DNA from: an uncultured Rikenellaceae bacterium
GTDB taxonomy: Bacteria; Bacteroidota; Bacteroidia; Bacteroidales; VadinHA17
NCBI GenBank assembly: GCA_964553395.1
Contig: CAZKMH010000003.1
Location: 1-28,960 of the forward strand
Direction: 5' to 3'
Length of the DNA: 28,960 nucleotides
The translations under genes were made by a program, and so were the position numbers. The notes below the pieces were generated by a model. The model was not told where the DNA came from. It did not search any database and saw nothing but the letters and a program-made list of their open reading frames with translations. Below, piece by piece: positions 1 through 10,500 of the stretch (its first letter is position 1; every line of letters begins with the position of its first letter).

Positions 1-2
1 GC

Positions 3-320
3 CGGAATAACAGTACATTAATCCAGATCCAGTCAGAAAAGCTTGATACACACATCGCACCTGCACTGAAATCTGAACTTGTGCTGGTATCAGGCAAGGG
101 CGAGAAGAATATCATCCTTGACCTTGAAAAATGTCAATACTGCGACTCCTCAGGTCTGAGTGCTATCCTGGTAGCCAACAGGTTATGTAAAAATGCCGGT
201 GGTATCTTTGTTCTCTGCGGACTCAACGAAGCAGTTGAAAGACTTATCACTATTTCTCAGCTTGATACCGTTCTTACGATTACCAGCACGGTTGCTGACG
301 CTGAAAAAGTGATTTCCTGA
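3..320 (+). CDS. STAS-domain anti-sigma factor antagonist (5'-truncated by the window edge)
   Basis: The frame is open from base 3 (RNNSTLIQIQSEKLDTHIAPALKSELVLV...), so the GTG at 81 is internal. STAS pattern IILDLEKCQYCDSSGLSAIL contains the phosphorylatable DSSG serine. Confidence 0.88.
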   Translation, partial: RNNSTLIQIQSEKLDTHIAPALKSELVLVSGKGEKNIILDLEKCQYCDSSGLSAILVANRLCKNAGGIFVLCGLNEAVERLITISQLDTVLTITSTVADAEKVIS

Positions 321-344
321 GGCTGCCAGCAGTGCAGATTGCCG

Positions 345-1268
345 ATGAAATTGACAATACTTGGCAGTAGTTCTGCATTGCCAACGTCAGAAAGATATCC
401 TTCCGCTCATGTGCTCAATGTACATGAGCGGTTGTATTTAATTGACTGCGGTGAAGGAACCCAGATGCAACTCCGCAGGAATAAAATTCATTTCGGCAAA
501 ATAAATCACATCTTCATAAGCCATATTCACGGCGATCATGTCTTCGGATTGTATGGACTGCTGTCTACATTCAGCCTGATGGGCCGGACCACTCCTGTGC
601 ATCTTTATGCACCTGCGAAATACCAGGGAATTCTATTATCACATCTGAGTGATTTTGATATCCACCTGAGCTATGAAATTAATTTTGTTCCTCTCAATGG
701 GAAGAATCCGGTAGAAATACTTGATGATAAGTATTTAACAGTCAGTGCATTTCCTCTGGAACATCGGGTTCAGACCTTCGGATTCCTTTTCAGGGAAAAA
801 CCCCGTGAACGCAACATAATTAAGGAATCGATAGAAAAGTATAATATCCCCGGCATCAGGATTCCGGCAATCAAAAAAGGAGAAGACTTTATCACTCAGG
901 CTGGTGAAATAATTAAAAATGAAGAAATAACCATTCCTCCTCCTGAACCGCTTTCTTATGGTTACTGCAGCGATACAGGTTACTTCAGCCGGCTTGCTTC
1001 ATTTATCCGGGGTGTCACCCTGCTCTATCACGAGGCTACTTTCGGCGAAAGCCTGAATGATCTGGCAAAAATTACAGGCCATTCAACAACTTCAGATGCC
1101 GCCAGGACAGCAGTGGAAGCAGGGGCAGGAACGCTTATAATAGGTCATTTTTCCGCACGATATAAGGATCTCACTCCACTTGTGGATGAGGCGAGATCTA
1201 TATTTCCGCGCACTATTCCTGCCATTGACGGCATGAGCTACGATGTTGGAAATATTAATATTCCCTGA
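345..1268 (+). CDS. rnz: Ribonuclease Z
   Basis: MKLTILGSSSALP start (ATG 345 preferred over TTG 339). Motifs: LIDCGEGTQ, metallo-beta-lactamase HIHGDH, exosite insertion, SDT, HEATF, GHST, GHFSARY. Confidence 0.93.
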   Translation: MKLTILGSSSALPTSERYPSAHVLNVHERLYLIDCGEGTQMQLRRNKIHFGKINHIFISHIHGDHVFGLYGLLSTFSLMGRTTPVHLYAPAKYQGILLSHLSDFDIHLSYEINFVPLNGKNPVEILDDKYLTVSAFPLEHRVQTFGFLFREKPRERNIIKESIEKYNIPGIRIPAIKKGEDFITQAGEIIKNEEITIPPPEPLSYGYCSDTGYFSRLASFIRGVTLLYHEATFGESLNDLAKITGHSTTSDAARTAVEAGAGTLIIGHFSARYKDLTPLVDEARSIFPRTIPAIDGMSYDVGNINIP

Positions 1269-1281
1269 TGAAAAGAATTTC

Positions 1282-1289
1282 TATCTTTG
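1282..1289 (+). promoter_or_regulatory. Bacteroidota primary-sigma -7 box upstream of guaA
   Basis: TATCTTTG matches TAnnTTTG, about 20 nt before the start codon. Confidence 0.6.
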
Positions 1290-1309
1290 TGCTCATTCCG
1301 GAGTAAAAA

Positions 1310-2848
1310 TTGAACAAAATACAGGAGAAAATATTAATACTTGATTTCGGATCTCAGTATACTCAGCTTATTGCCAGGAGGATAAGGGAATTAAATGTAT
1401 ATTGCGAAATACACCCGTTTAATGGCTTTCCCGAGCCTGACAATAGTGTTAAAGGTGTGATATTGTCCGGAAGCCCTTTTTCAGTGGGTGACAAAAATGC
1501 CCCGGTCCCGGATCTGAAAAGAATAAAGGGGATTATTCCGTTGCTTGGTGTCTGTTATGGAGCACAATACCTGGTTCATGGTTTCGGAGGCGAAGTTCTG
1601 CCTTCCATCAACCGTGAATATGGAAGAGCTCAACTGGTCCATTCAGTGTCTGATGATCCTCTCTTTAAAGATGTTCCTGCCGAAACGCAGGTCTGGATGT
1701 CGCACGGTGATACTATTTCGAAGATGCCGGAATACTATATAATTACCGGATCAACCAGTGATGTGAAAGCAGGAGCGTTCAGGATCAAGGGGGAAAAGAC
1801 ATGGGGGATCCAGTTCCATCCTGAAGTGTATCACACAACAGAGGGGAACCGTATTTTGCGAAACTTTGTTACTGATATTTGCGGTTGTTCCGGATCATGG
1901 ACCCCCGTTTCCTTTGCAGAATCGACAATTGACCTGCTTAAAAGGCAGCTCAGGAACGACAGGATCATACTCGGATTGTCAGGCGGAGTTGATTCTTCCG
2001 TTACCGCCTCTCTTCTCAACAAAGCAGTTGGACAGAATCTTACATGCCTGTTTGTCGATAACGGCCTTTTGAGGAAAAATGAGTTTCAGCATGTAATGGA
2101 ATCATACCTCGGACTGGGATTGAATGTCATCGGCGTTGATGCTGTTGACAGGTTCCTGAACGAACTGGAAGGAATCAATGATCCGGAGCAGAAGAGAAAA
2201 ATCGTTGGTAAAATATTTATTGAAGTGTTTGAAGAAGAGGCACATAAGGTGAAAGATGTAAAATGGCTTGCCCAGGGGACCATTTACCCAGATGTAATAG
2301 AATCAGTATCAGTCAAAGGACCATCCGCAACCATAAAATCACACCATAATGTTGGCGGGCTTCCGGAAAAAATGCATCTTAAAGTAGTCGAACCTTTACG
2401 TCTTCTTTTTAAGGATGAAGTCAGGAAGGTAGGGCATGCTCTGGGATTACCGGATTTTATAATAAAACGTCACCCGTTCCCCGGTCCGGGACTGGCAATA
2501 CGTATCCTTGGCGAAGTGACGCGGAGAAAGCTTGATATTCTTAAGGAAGCCGATGAGATTTTCATTGAAGGCCTGCGCAGGAACGCTCTGTATGATTCTG
2601 TATGGCAGGCAGGAGCAATGCTTCTCCCTGTGCAATCGGTCGGGGTGATGGGAGATGAAAGAACATATGAGAACACTATCGTACTCAGGGCAGTTAATTC
2701 CACCGACGGAATGACTGCAGACTGGTCGCATTTGCCATATGAATTTCTGGCAACTGTTTCAAATGAAATAATTAACAGGGTAAAGGGTATAAACAGGGTG
2801 GTTTACGATATCAGTTCCAAACCACCTTCGACCATCGAATGGGAATAA
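1310..2848 (+). CDS. guaA: GMP synthase (glutamine-hydrolysing)
   Basis: [17 protein letters not shown], glutamine amidotransferase GVCYG and QFHPE, ATP pyrophosphatase SGGVDS, C-terminal KPPSTIEWE. Start is TTG; the exact start is slightly uncertain. Confidence 0.97.
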   Translation: MNKIQEKILILDFGSQYTQLIARRIRELNVYCEIHPFNGFPEPDNSVKGVILSGSPFSVGDKNAPVPDLKRIKGIIPLLGVCYGAQYLVHGFGGEVLPSINREYGRAQLVHSVSDDPLFKDVPAETQVWMSHGDTISKMPEYYIITGSTSDVKAGAFRIKGEKTWGIQFHPEVYHTTEGNRILRNFVTDICGCSGSWTPVSFAESTIDLLKRQLRNDRIILGLSGGVDSSVTASLLNKAVGQNLTCLFVDNGLLRKNEFQHVMESYLGLGLNVIGVDAVDRFLNELEGINDPEQKRKIVGKIFIEVFEEEAHKVKDVKWLAQGTIYPDVIESVSVKGPSATIKSHHNVGGLPEKMHLKVVEPLRLLFKDEVRKVGHALGLPDFIIKRHPFPGPGLAIRILGEVTRRKLDILKEADEIFIEGLRRNALYDSVWQAGAMLLPVQSVGVMGDERTYENTIVLRAVNSTDGMTADWSHLPYEFLATVSNEIINRVKGINRVVYDISSKPPSTIEWE

Positions 2849-2939
2849 TAGTAGAAACGCCCGATTAGGGCAGTAAAAAAAACAAACGGGCACATAAATT
2901 GTTGGTGAATTAATATAGGATCATAATTTCTGAATAAAA

Positions 2940-4532
2940 ATGGATAGAAAAAGATTAGTATTTTTTGCAGCGTTAGTTCTGATTGCTCAACAGGTTTCAT
3001 CACAGGTACTGACTGAGGAAACTTTCAAATTAGGAAAGACACTTAATCTCATTGATAATTACTATGTGGATTCCACAAATCTGACAAAGCTTGCTGAAGA
3101 CATGATTGTAGCAACATTGAAGGAACTTGATCCACATTCAACTTATATTTCCGCCAAGGATGTCAGGGATATGAATGAACCCCTCCTGGGAAATTTCGAG
3201 GGAATCGGGATCCAGTTCAACATCCTTCATGATTCAGTTATAGTGGTTGAACCAATTTCCGGCGGACCTTCTGAAAAGGTAGGTCTGAGGGCAGGGGACA
3301 GGATTGTAAAGATTGATAACGAAAAGGTTACAGGTATTGGAATATCCACCAATGGCGTCCGGAGCAGGCTTCTGGGAGCAAAGGGAACGAAAGTAAATGT
3401 AAGTATTTTCAGAAAAGGCAGGAAAGATCTGCTTGATTTTACAATTACAAGGGACAAGATCCCCATCAACAGTCTGGATGCAGCCTACATGCTTGATAAA
3501 GAGACAGGTTATTTCAGATTCAATAAATTTGCTGCGACAACTGATAAAGAGTTTGAAGGTGCTCTGGAAAAACTGAGAAAAAACAACATGAAGAACCTGA
3601 TCATCGACCTGAGGGGTAACGGTGGGGGATATATGGTTGCTTCGACCGAACTGGCAAACCATTTTTTCATAGATCAGAAACTTCTGGTATATCTTATCGG
3701 AAGAAAAACTCCAAGACAGGAATACAAATCGTCAGGGTATGGTAACCTTGCTTCTGCACGGGTTGTTATTCTCACTGATGACGGATCTGCTTCGGCAAGC
3801 GAAATTGTAGCGGGGGCGCTTCAGGATTGGGACAGAGGCATAATAATTGGCCGCCGCACATTCGGAAAAGGTCTGGTTCAGAATGCCTTCTATCTTCCCG
3901 ATCATTCAATGATAAGATTATCGGTAGCCCGTTACTATACTCCTGCTGGTCGTTCAATACAGAGTTCATACAATGGTGGTTATGAGAATTACATAGCGAA
4001 TTTCGCCAGAAGATACACAAATGGGGAAATGATGTCAGCTGACAGTGTTCATTTCCCTGATTCACTGATGTTTAAAACACTGGTAAACCAAAGGACGGTA
4101 TATGGTGGCGGAGGTATTATGCCTGATGTTTTCGTGGCTGTTGATACTTCAAAATACTCTGATTACTACAGGACTCTGGTCAGAAGAGGGATTTTCAATT
4201 CTTATATACTGGAATACGGCGATGCAAAAAGGACTGAAATCAACTCACAATACAGGACATTCGACGACTTTAAGAAGAGGTTTGAGCTTCCGGAAACTGA
4301 TATTCAGGCGTTTATCAAAAAAGGAGAAGACGCAGGCGTGAAATATGATGAAGCCCAGTACAGGAAATCTGAAAGCGAGATACTCCTGGTGCTTAAAGCA
4401 CTGCTGGCGAATAATATCTGGAATACAAACGAATATTTCAGGATTATCAACGAGAAAGATAATGTGATTGCTGAAGCGCTGAAAGTAATTAGTGACCGCG
4501 ACAGGTATAATAAGATACTTGGCTACAATTAA
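2940..4532 (+). CDS. S41 family carboxy-terminal processing protease (CtpA/Prc-like)
   Basis: Signal peptide, PDZ GIGI motif, IIDLRGNGGG, catalytic ASASEIV serine and FGKG lysine. Confidence 0.93.
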   Translation: MDRKRLVFFAALVLIAQQVSSQVLTEETFKLGKTLNLIDNYYVDSTNLTKLAEDMIVATLKELDPHSTYISAKDVRDMNEPLLGNFEGIGIQFNILHDSVIVVEPISGGPSEKVGLRAGDRIVKIDNEKVTGIGISTNGVRSRLLGAKGTKVNVSIFRKGRKDLLDFTITRDKIPINSLDAAYMLDKETGYFRFNKFAATTDKEFEGALEKLRKNNMKNLIIDLRGNGGGYMVASTELANHFFIDQKLLVYLIGRKTPRQEYKSSGYGNLASARVVILTDDGSASASEIVAGALQDWDRGIIIGRRTFGKGLVQNAFYLPDHSMIRLSVARYYTPAGRSIQSSYNGGYENYIANFARRYTNGEMMSADSVHFPDSLMFKTLVNQRTVYGGGGIMPDVFVAVDTSKYSDYYRTLVRRGIFNSYILEYGDAKRTEINSQYRTFDDFKKRFELPETDIQAFIKKGEDAGVKYDEAQYRKSESEILLVLKALLANNIWNTNEYFRIINEKDNVIAEALKVISDRDRYNKILGYN

Positions 4533-4584
4533 CCCACGTACTCATCATCTTTTATCATGTGAATACCCGGGAAGGTTAATTCCG

Positions 4585-5010
4585 TTAATTGACCTTTTTA
4601 GCTGTAAATAAGATCTCTATTGTATTTGCAGGATTCTGATCATCAGGTACTTTATTTGCCATGGTCAGTGTTCCGCCATCAAGCCTGGCATCCACCACAA
4701 GGTCTTCGGTATACAGGTTGGTGATTGTTAATTTGGAACCGGCGAGGGTCCATGAGAACAGGTGATCCACTTCATCTTCATTATAAATTCCTGACCCGCC
4801 TTCAACAAACTGGTATCCCATTTCACCTGATTCAAGGAAGACAGTAAACTCTGATTTTTTTACATCATTGGTGTAGGTGATCTGCGTAATGGAACTAACT
4901 TCCCATTTTCCGATAATTGCTTCTTCCAGCGGCTTCTCTTTTTCACACGATGCAAGAACTAACAACAGAGATGATGTCAATATGTATGATGCGGCTTTCT
5001 GATACTTCAT
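4585..5010 (-). CDS. Lipocalin-like lipoprotein
   Basis: Lipobox LVLASC followed by IIGKW, then a beta-rich body, typical of Bacteroidota lipocalin-like lipoproteins. Confidence 0.65.
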   Translation of the reverse strand: MKYQKAASYILTSSLLLVLASCEKEKPLEEAIIGKWEVSSITQITYTNDVKKSEFTVFLESGEMGYQFVEGGSGIYNEDEVDHLFSWTLAGSKLTITNLYTEDLVVDARLDGGTLTMANKVPDDQNPANTIEILFTAKKVN

Positions 5011-5133
5011 TGCGTTTTAATTTAATTTTAATAAGATTAACTATCTGGTATGTAAAGGAACAATAAAATTAGCATTCTCTTTCATACTGTTATAAAAGAA
5101 TATGTGAATATCCATAAAAAGGAGGTAAATAAG

Positions 5134-5141
5134 TACTTTTG
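5134..5141 (+). promoter_or_regulatory. -7 box upstream of the THUMP methyltransferase
   Basis: TACTTTTG matches TAnnTTTG, 28 nt before the ATG at 5170. Confidence 0.55.
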
Positions 5142-5169
5142 ACGGACCTGATCTGTTAAGAATATAAAA

Positions 5170-6324
5170 ATGAAACTTACAGCTAAAACCCTTTACGGAC
5201 TTGAAAAAGTACTGGCAAGGGAACTGGAAATATTGGGTGCGACAAATGTAGTAATTGCAAACCGTGCAGTTATGTTCAATGGCGATATGGAACTTATGTA
5301 TAAGGTTAATTACTGTTCGAGAACTGCCTTATCGGTGCTGAAACAGATTGCTGATTTCCGGATCAGGTCCGTTGAAGATCTTTACAGGAATGCTTCAAAA
5401 GTAAGCTGGTCGGAATTTATGGATGCCGACAACACTTTTTCAGTAGTTCCGGTTGTCAGTTCGAAGATATTTGGACATACAGGGTATCCCGGACTTGTTG
5501 TCAAGGATGCGGTTGCCGATTACTTCCGTAAATTAACCGGCAGGAGACCCTCAGTTGATGCTGTAGATCCGATGGTTGTCATAAACCTTCATATTAGCAA
5601 CGACCAGGTTAATATTTCACTTGATTCCTCAGTTATACCTTTATTCAGGCGTGGTTACAGGACAGAGCAGGGTATAGCCCCGCTTAATGAGGTTCTTGCT
5701 GCAGGGATATTGCTTATTGCAGGATGGGATCTGTCAACCCCCCTTCTCGATCCTATGTGCGGCTCAGGAACATTTTCGATTGAAGCCGGACTAATGGCGA
5801 ACCGGATACCACCGGGTAAATTCAGAAGTTTCTTCGGATTCACAAAGTGGAAGGATTTTGATAAGAGTTTATTAAACAAAGTAAAACTTGAATCAGACAA
5901 TCAGCTAATAAAATCAACTGTAAAAATCCTTGCTTCTGACATTTCAGAATTGGCCACCGGACAGGCCAGGATAAACATAGCAAACGCAGGTCTTTCTGAA
6001 TTAATTTCGGTGGAAGTGTCAGATTTTAATAATATTAAACCGATAGATACCGGCGGGTACATTTTTATGAATCCACCATATGGCAAAAGGTTAAGACCTG
6101 AGGAGATGGACAATCTTTACAGTATGATAGGGTCCACTTTGAAGCATAGTTTTCCGGGTCACAAGGCATGGATAATTACTGTGGGTAACGAATATCTTAA
6201 GTACATAGGATTAAAACCGAAAGTCAGGTATACCCTTTTTAATGGTGCCATCGAATGTATACTTGCAGGATACGAATTATATGAGGGTACAAGGAAGCGG
6301 GGTAAAGATCTAAAATCCTTATAA
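5170..6324 (+). CDS. THUMP-domain class I SAM-dependent RNA methyltransferase (RlmL-like)
   Basis: KTLYGLEKVLAREL THUMP start, HRRGYR-like FRRGYR, APLNEVLAAG, SAM-binding DPMCGSGT, catalytic NPPY. Confidence 0.9.
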   Translation: MKLTAKTLYGLEKVLARELEILGATNVVIANRAVMFNGDMELMYKVNYCSRTALSVLKQIADFRIRSVEDLYRNASKVSWSEFMDADNTFSVVPVVSSKIFGHTGYPGLVVKDAVADYFRKLTGRRPSVDAVDPMVVINLHISNDQVNISLDSSVIPLFRRGYRTEQGIAPLNEVLAAGILLIAGWDLSTPLLDPMCGSGTFSIEAGLMANRIPPGKFRSFFGFTKWKDFDKSLLNKVKLESDNQLIKSTVKILASDISELATGQARINIANAGLSELISVEVSDFNNIKPIDTGGYIFMNPPYGKRLRPEEMDNLYSMIGSTLKHSFPGHKAWIITVGNEYLKYIGLKPKVRYTLFNGAIECILAGYELYEGTRKRGKDLKSL

Positions 6325-6407
6325 AATGGATGTTGACCATTTGGCCCCGGTGCATTTATCAAAAATTTCCCAATAATTTAAAAATCCGCAATGGAGGCGT
6401 GTTAAAA

Positions 6408-6437
6408 TTTGGTACCTTCATATTTTTATTATATTTG
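6408..6437 (+). promoter_or_regulatory. Bacteroidota -33/-7 promoter of siaBC
   Basis: TTTG at 6408-6411 and TATATTTG at 6430-6437, 18 nt apart. Confidence 0.6.
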
Positions 6438-6475
6438 CATCGGAAAAACGAGACCTTATTCAAAAAGAAGCTTAG

Positions 6476-7033
6476 ATGAGCTTTGATATTGAAAACTACC
6501 TGAAAGACCAGACGAATAGTAATGTTATCCTTTTTTATAAAGGAAATGTTGATTCAGATGTAATTAATCATGTTCTTGATACTGTTGAGGACAAGCTGGT
6601 TGAAGTAAATGAGCAATCAAAACTCAGGAAAAAGGTCTATAATGTCCTTGTAGAGAGCCTTCAGAATTTATATCATCATGTAGATAAAGTACCGGAAGAC
6701 TTTGAGGATCAGGTATCTGAGAAATTTGGAATGCTGGTTGTCAAGAAGGTCAATAATGGATACAAAATAATTACCGGCAACTTTGTTCGTACCCACAATG
6801 TTGAAAAGCTTGAAGAGAAAATTAAAAGGATTAACAGATCGAGTCACGATGAGATTAAGGAACTCTATAAATTCATCCTTAATCATCAGAGAATTTCGGC
6901 AAAGGGAGGCGGTGGACTTGGTCTGGTGGATATTGCAAGAAAAACAGGTAATAAACTTGAATATACATTTAAAGAATATAATGATAAATACTCATTTTTC
7001 TATCTTGATATTTTAGTAAACGAAGAAAATTAG
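6476..7033 (+). CDS. siaB: SiaB-family protein kinase (DUF6272-like, GHKL fold)
   Basis: N-box-like VESLQNLYHH and G-box GGGGLGLVDIARKTG; lies directly upstream of a SiaC homologue. Confidence 0.85.
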   Translation: MSFDIENYLKDQTNSNVILFYKGNVDSDVINHVLDTVEDKLVEVNEQSKLRKKVYNVLVESLQNLYHHVDKVPEDFEDQVSEKFGMLVVKKVNNGYKIITGNFVRTHNVEKLEEKIKRINRSSHDEIKELYKFILNHQRISAKGGGGLGLVDIARKTGNKLEYTFKEYNDKYSFFYLDILVNEEN

Positions 7034-7081
7034 TGTGCTAACAAGCAATTAAAAAAACAAATAAAATTAAAATCTTATAAA

Positions 7082-7462
7082 ATGGAACCGATTATTATCG
7101 AAGGAACACCGAAAACACCGACTGTAAAATTTGATGCGACCCAGGGTGTGTTTGAAATCAAGGGACGTTCAATTCCTGAAAACTCGGTAGAATTCTATAA
7201 ACCCCTTGTTGACTGGCTCGATAACTACAAAGAATCTCCGCTTACGAAGACAGTTGTAAATATCCGTCTGGAATATTTTAACACCAGTTCCTCTAAATGC
7301 ATCCTTGATGTATTTAAAAAGCTTGAGGCAATACATAAAGCTAAAAACGAGGTCGAAGTTAACTGGTATTATGAGGAGGATGACGAAGATATGCTCGAAG
7401 CAGGTGAGGATTATGAATCCATTATCAGGGTGCCTTTTAAGATGATCGAAATTGCAGAGTGA
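7082..7462 (+). CDS. siaC: SiaC-family regulatory phosphoprotein (DUF1987)
   Basis: TPKTP..F...G.FEIKGRSIPEN, YFNTSSSK with Thr at position 68, acidic WYYEEDDEDMLEAGEDY. Confidence 0.9.
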   Translation: MEPIIIEGTPKTPTVKFDATQGVFEIKGRSIPENSVEFYKPLVDWLDNYKESPLTKTVVNIRLEYFNTSSSKCILDVFKKLEAIHKAKNEVEVNWYYEEDDEDMLEAGEDYESIIRVPFKMIEIAE

Positions 7463-7502
7463 ATTATGAAAATTAGTTGATCTAATAGGAATCGGTTATC
7501 CA

Positions 7503-7544
7503 AAAAACAAAGGGCTGTTTGAATAGAAACAGCCCTTTGTTTTT
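7503..7544. terminator. Bidirectional intrinsic terminator between siaC and the ABC transporter
   Basis: Perfect 18-bp inverted repeat aaaaacaaagggctgttt / aaacagccctttgttttt with a 6-nt loop and a T-tract on each strand. Overlaps the ABC gene stop codon. Confidence 0.88.
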
Positions 7545-10500
7545 ATTCAGGACCCTTGTATTTCTTCCCCATAACGGCTTCGCCGGAATCGAGTAGCTTT
7601 TTAAGCAACCTGAAATAGAGCACAAAATAGAACGCGAATGTCATTAACCACAATACAATGACATTAACCCAGTATGTACCCATATCATAACCGAAGATAC
7701 GTTTCGTTGGTGAGTAGAAATGAGCTTTTATGAAATTGTGCTCAGGATCCATATAAATAGGATCAAGTTTTTGCTTTATTTCTCCCCTGTATTCAATCAC
7801 TTTATCCGGTTCATTTTTGTTGATAACAAATTCTTCCAGTGACTCATTTGCATTGTCATCCCTCAGCTTCAGAAATGCTTTGTTGTCTGATGATTGCAGC
7901 TTTGATATCAGTGCATCTTTCCTGTTCTTTGCTTCATTCGAATACTTAACATAAAACCTTCTTATAGCCTCCAGGTTTTTCAGTGCTGCTGCGACAATAG
8001 GACCTGTAACACTATCAGGTTTAAGGTATTCGATCCTGTCAAATTTATATTCCGGAGTAAGCAGAGCTTCTTTATTCAATTCAGTGTAAACCACCTTCAG
8101 CTTTTTCAGGGATTCCTCACTTACAGTTCCTCTTTTTAGATCAGATGCAACACTTTCCAGCCTTCCCTTGATTTCGGCATGCCAGTAATCTTTTTTAAAT
8201 TTAGCCTTACTCAGCGCTTTGTCAAATACGTAAAACTGCTTCTCATAATCATTGTCCTTAAATTGTTTTACGGCAAGCGCTTCATATCCCCACCGGGCGG
8301 TGATCAGTTCACCATAGATCGGTATTGAAACCGGGGATGATACCTTCGGGTTCAGCTTTTCGAACCTGACCATTATTCCGCTGAGGATTATCTGAGGGAT
8401 AACGAGGAACGGAATTAATATGTAAATAGTTACCACAGACTTGAAACTGTCGGAGATGACCAGGCCAAGCATATTGGCACCGGCCCAGCATGAGAACAGA
8501 ACAAGCCAGTATTCAAACAGCATACCTTTGATTCCGGTTATTGTGTTACCGATCAGAACGAAGGTGAGAGCCTGGATAGCTGATATCCCAAGCTGGACAA
8601 ATACTTTGGACAGCAGATAGCTGTTCCAGCTCAGGTTGAGAAAGGCTTCCCTCTTAAGGATCTTCCTGTCCTTGATGATCTCCTCGGCGCTCACTGTCAA
8701 TCCCATAAAGATGGCAACGATCACCGACATGAAAATAAAGACCGGGAGATTTGTATTTTCAAAGAGCGTATATTTCGGATCGGCTGCACTCTCATCAAAA
8801 TATCTTATGAGTAAGGAGAGGAAAAGGGCAAGAATCGGGGCCTCAAGAAGCGTAATTATCAGATATTGCGTGTCTGCAAACTTCGATAACAGATCACGCT
8901 TTATAAATACTATGAGCTGATTGAGTTTGTTGGGTGTCTTGAAATTGATTTCCGGAATTGAAACTCCCGGTTCAATGAGATCTTCTTTCTTTTCAGCTTT
9001 GTAATGATTGCTCCAGTCTGCCGGTGAAATCCGCCGTATATCCGTCGGCTGTCCGCTTTCCGTGAAAACCCTGGTTTCCACAATATTGAAGATCTGTTCG
9101 GGATTTACATTTCCGCAAACATAACATTCACTCTCATTGTAGTTTGCCTGTTCTATCTTTCTTTTAAAATACTCGATCGATTCGATCGGATTGCCATTGT
9201 AGATCAGGTATCCTCCGGTATCAAGAATGATAAGTTTATCGAACATCTTGAAAATATCAGAGGAGGGTTGATGGATAACAATGAACAGGAGCTTACCTTT
9301 GCGGGTCAGATCTTTGAGCAGGTCGAGGATGTTTTCAGAATCACGTGAAGAGAGTCCTGAGGTCGGTTCGTCGAGAAACATGATCGAGGGCTCGCGGATT
9401 AACTCAAGAGAGATGTTGAGTCGCTTTCTTTGTCCGCCACTGATCTTTTTGTTTAGCGGAGTGCCAACTTTCATGTCCCTGATCTCATACAAACCGAGAT
9501 TCTTCAGAACATTATCAACTTTTTCTGTAACCTCATTATCAGTCAGGTTATCAAAACAGAGTTTCGCATTATAATAAAGGTTCTCGAAGACAGTCAGTTC
9601 CTCAATCAGAAGATCATCCTGGGAAACATAGCCTATGAGTCCCTTGATCTTTTCTTTGTCTTCATAGATGTTAATGCTGTTTATAAGAACGTCACCATCA
9701 GCAGGAGCATTTGTGCCATTCAGAACGCTCAGCAGGGTTGATTTGCCTGCCCCGCTGGCTCCCATTATCCCCACCATTCTGCCTGATTCCTCCCTGAAAC
9801 TCATATGATGGATACCAACCTGCCCGGTTTTGAACCTGTATTCGACATTGTTAACTTCATAAACCACTCTTGACGCCTGGAAATCCTCCTTCAGGAACTG
9901 CATTGTGACATCCCAGTAATAGAGCGGTTTGATTTTATATCCTTTGATTGATGACCCTTCGCCGAAAGGATAGACCTTGTCCTCCATGAGAAGTTGTCCG
10001 TTCATTGAAAGCTCACCCGACTCTGTGAATCTGACAAAATATAGTTTTACCGAAGGCACAAAAAGAAGCCATAACTGCCCCCTGAGAAGTTCTTTATATA
10101 AATGTTTGGCTTCCTTCAGACCACTCTTATGATTCCCATTTATCAACAGAATATTCTGCAAATCAGGGATATGGTCAAATGAGTTAAGGACAAAACTTTC
10201 GATATCGGAGTACTCTTCCCCTGTTATATTCAATCCTTCAGCCAGGGTGCTGATAAATCCCAGTTCAAGCGAATTGACCTCCTTGCCACCCGATTTGCAG
10301 AATTCGAGCGCCTTAATAACAACAAAGATCCTCTGTTCCTGATCGAGCTGACCTTGTTCATTTATCTCCTTGCAGAGTTTCCTTATCCTGATAGCTATTG
10401 CGCCTTCACGACGTTCCTCACTGCTCTTCTGCAGCTTTTTCTTGGCTTCATTGTATGCCAGATCATATTTGGACAGATATTCCTTGACAAGCTCCTGGTT

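Noticed and set aside
5120-5126. Perfect AGGAGGT Shine-Dalgarno-like motifs here and at 18327-18333
   Set aside because: No start codon follows at a usable spacing, and Bacteroidota generally initiate without SD pairing.
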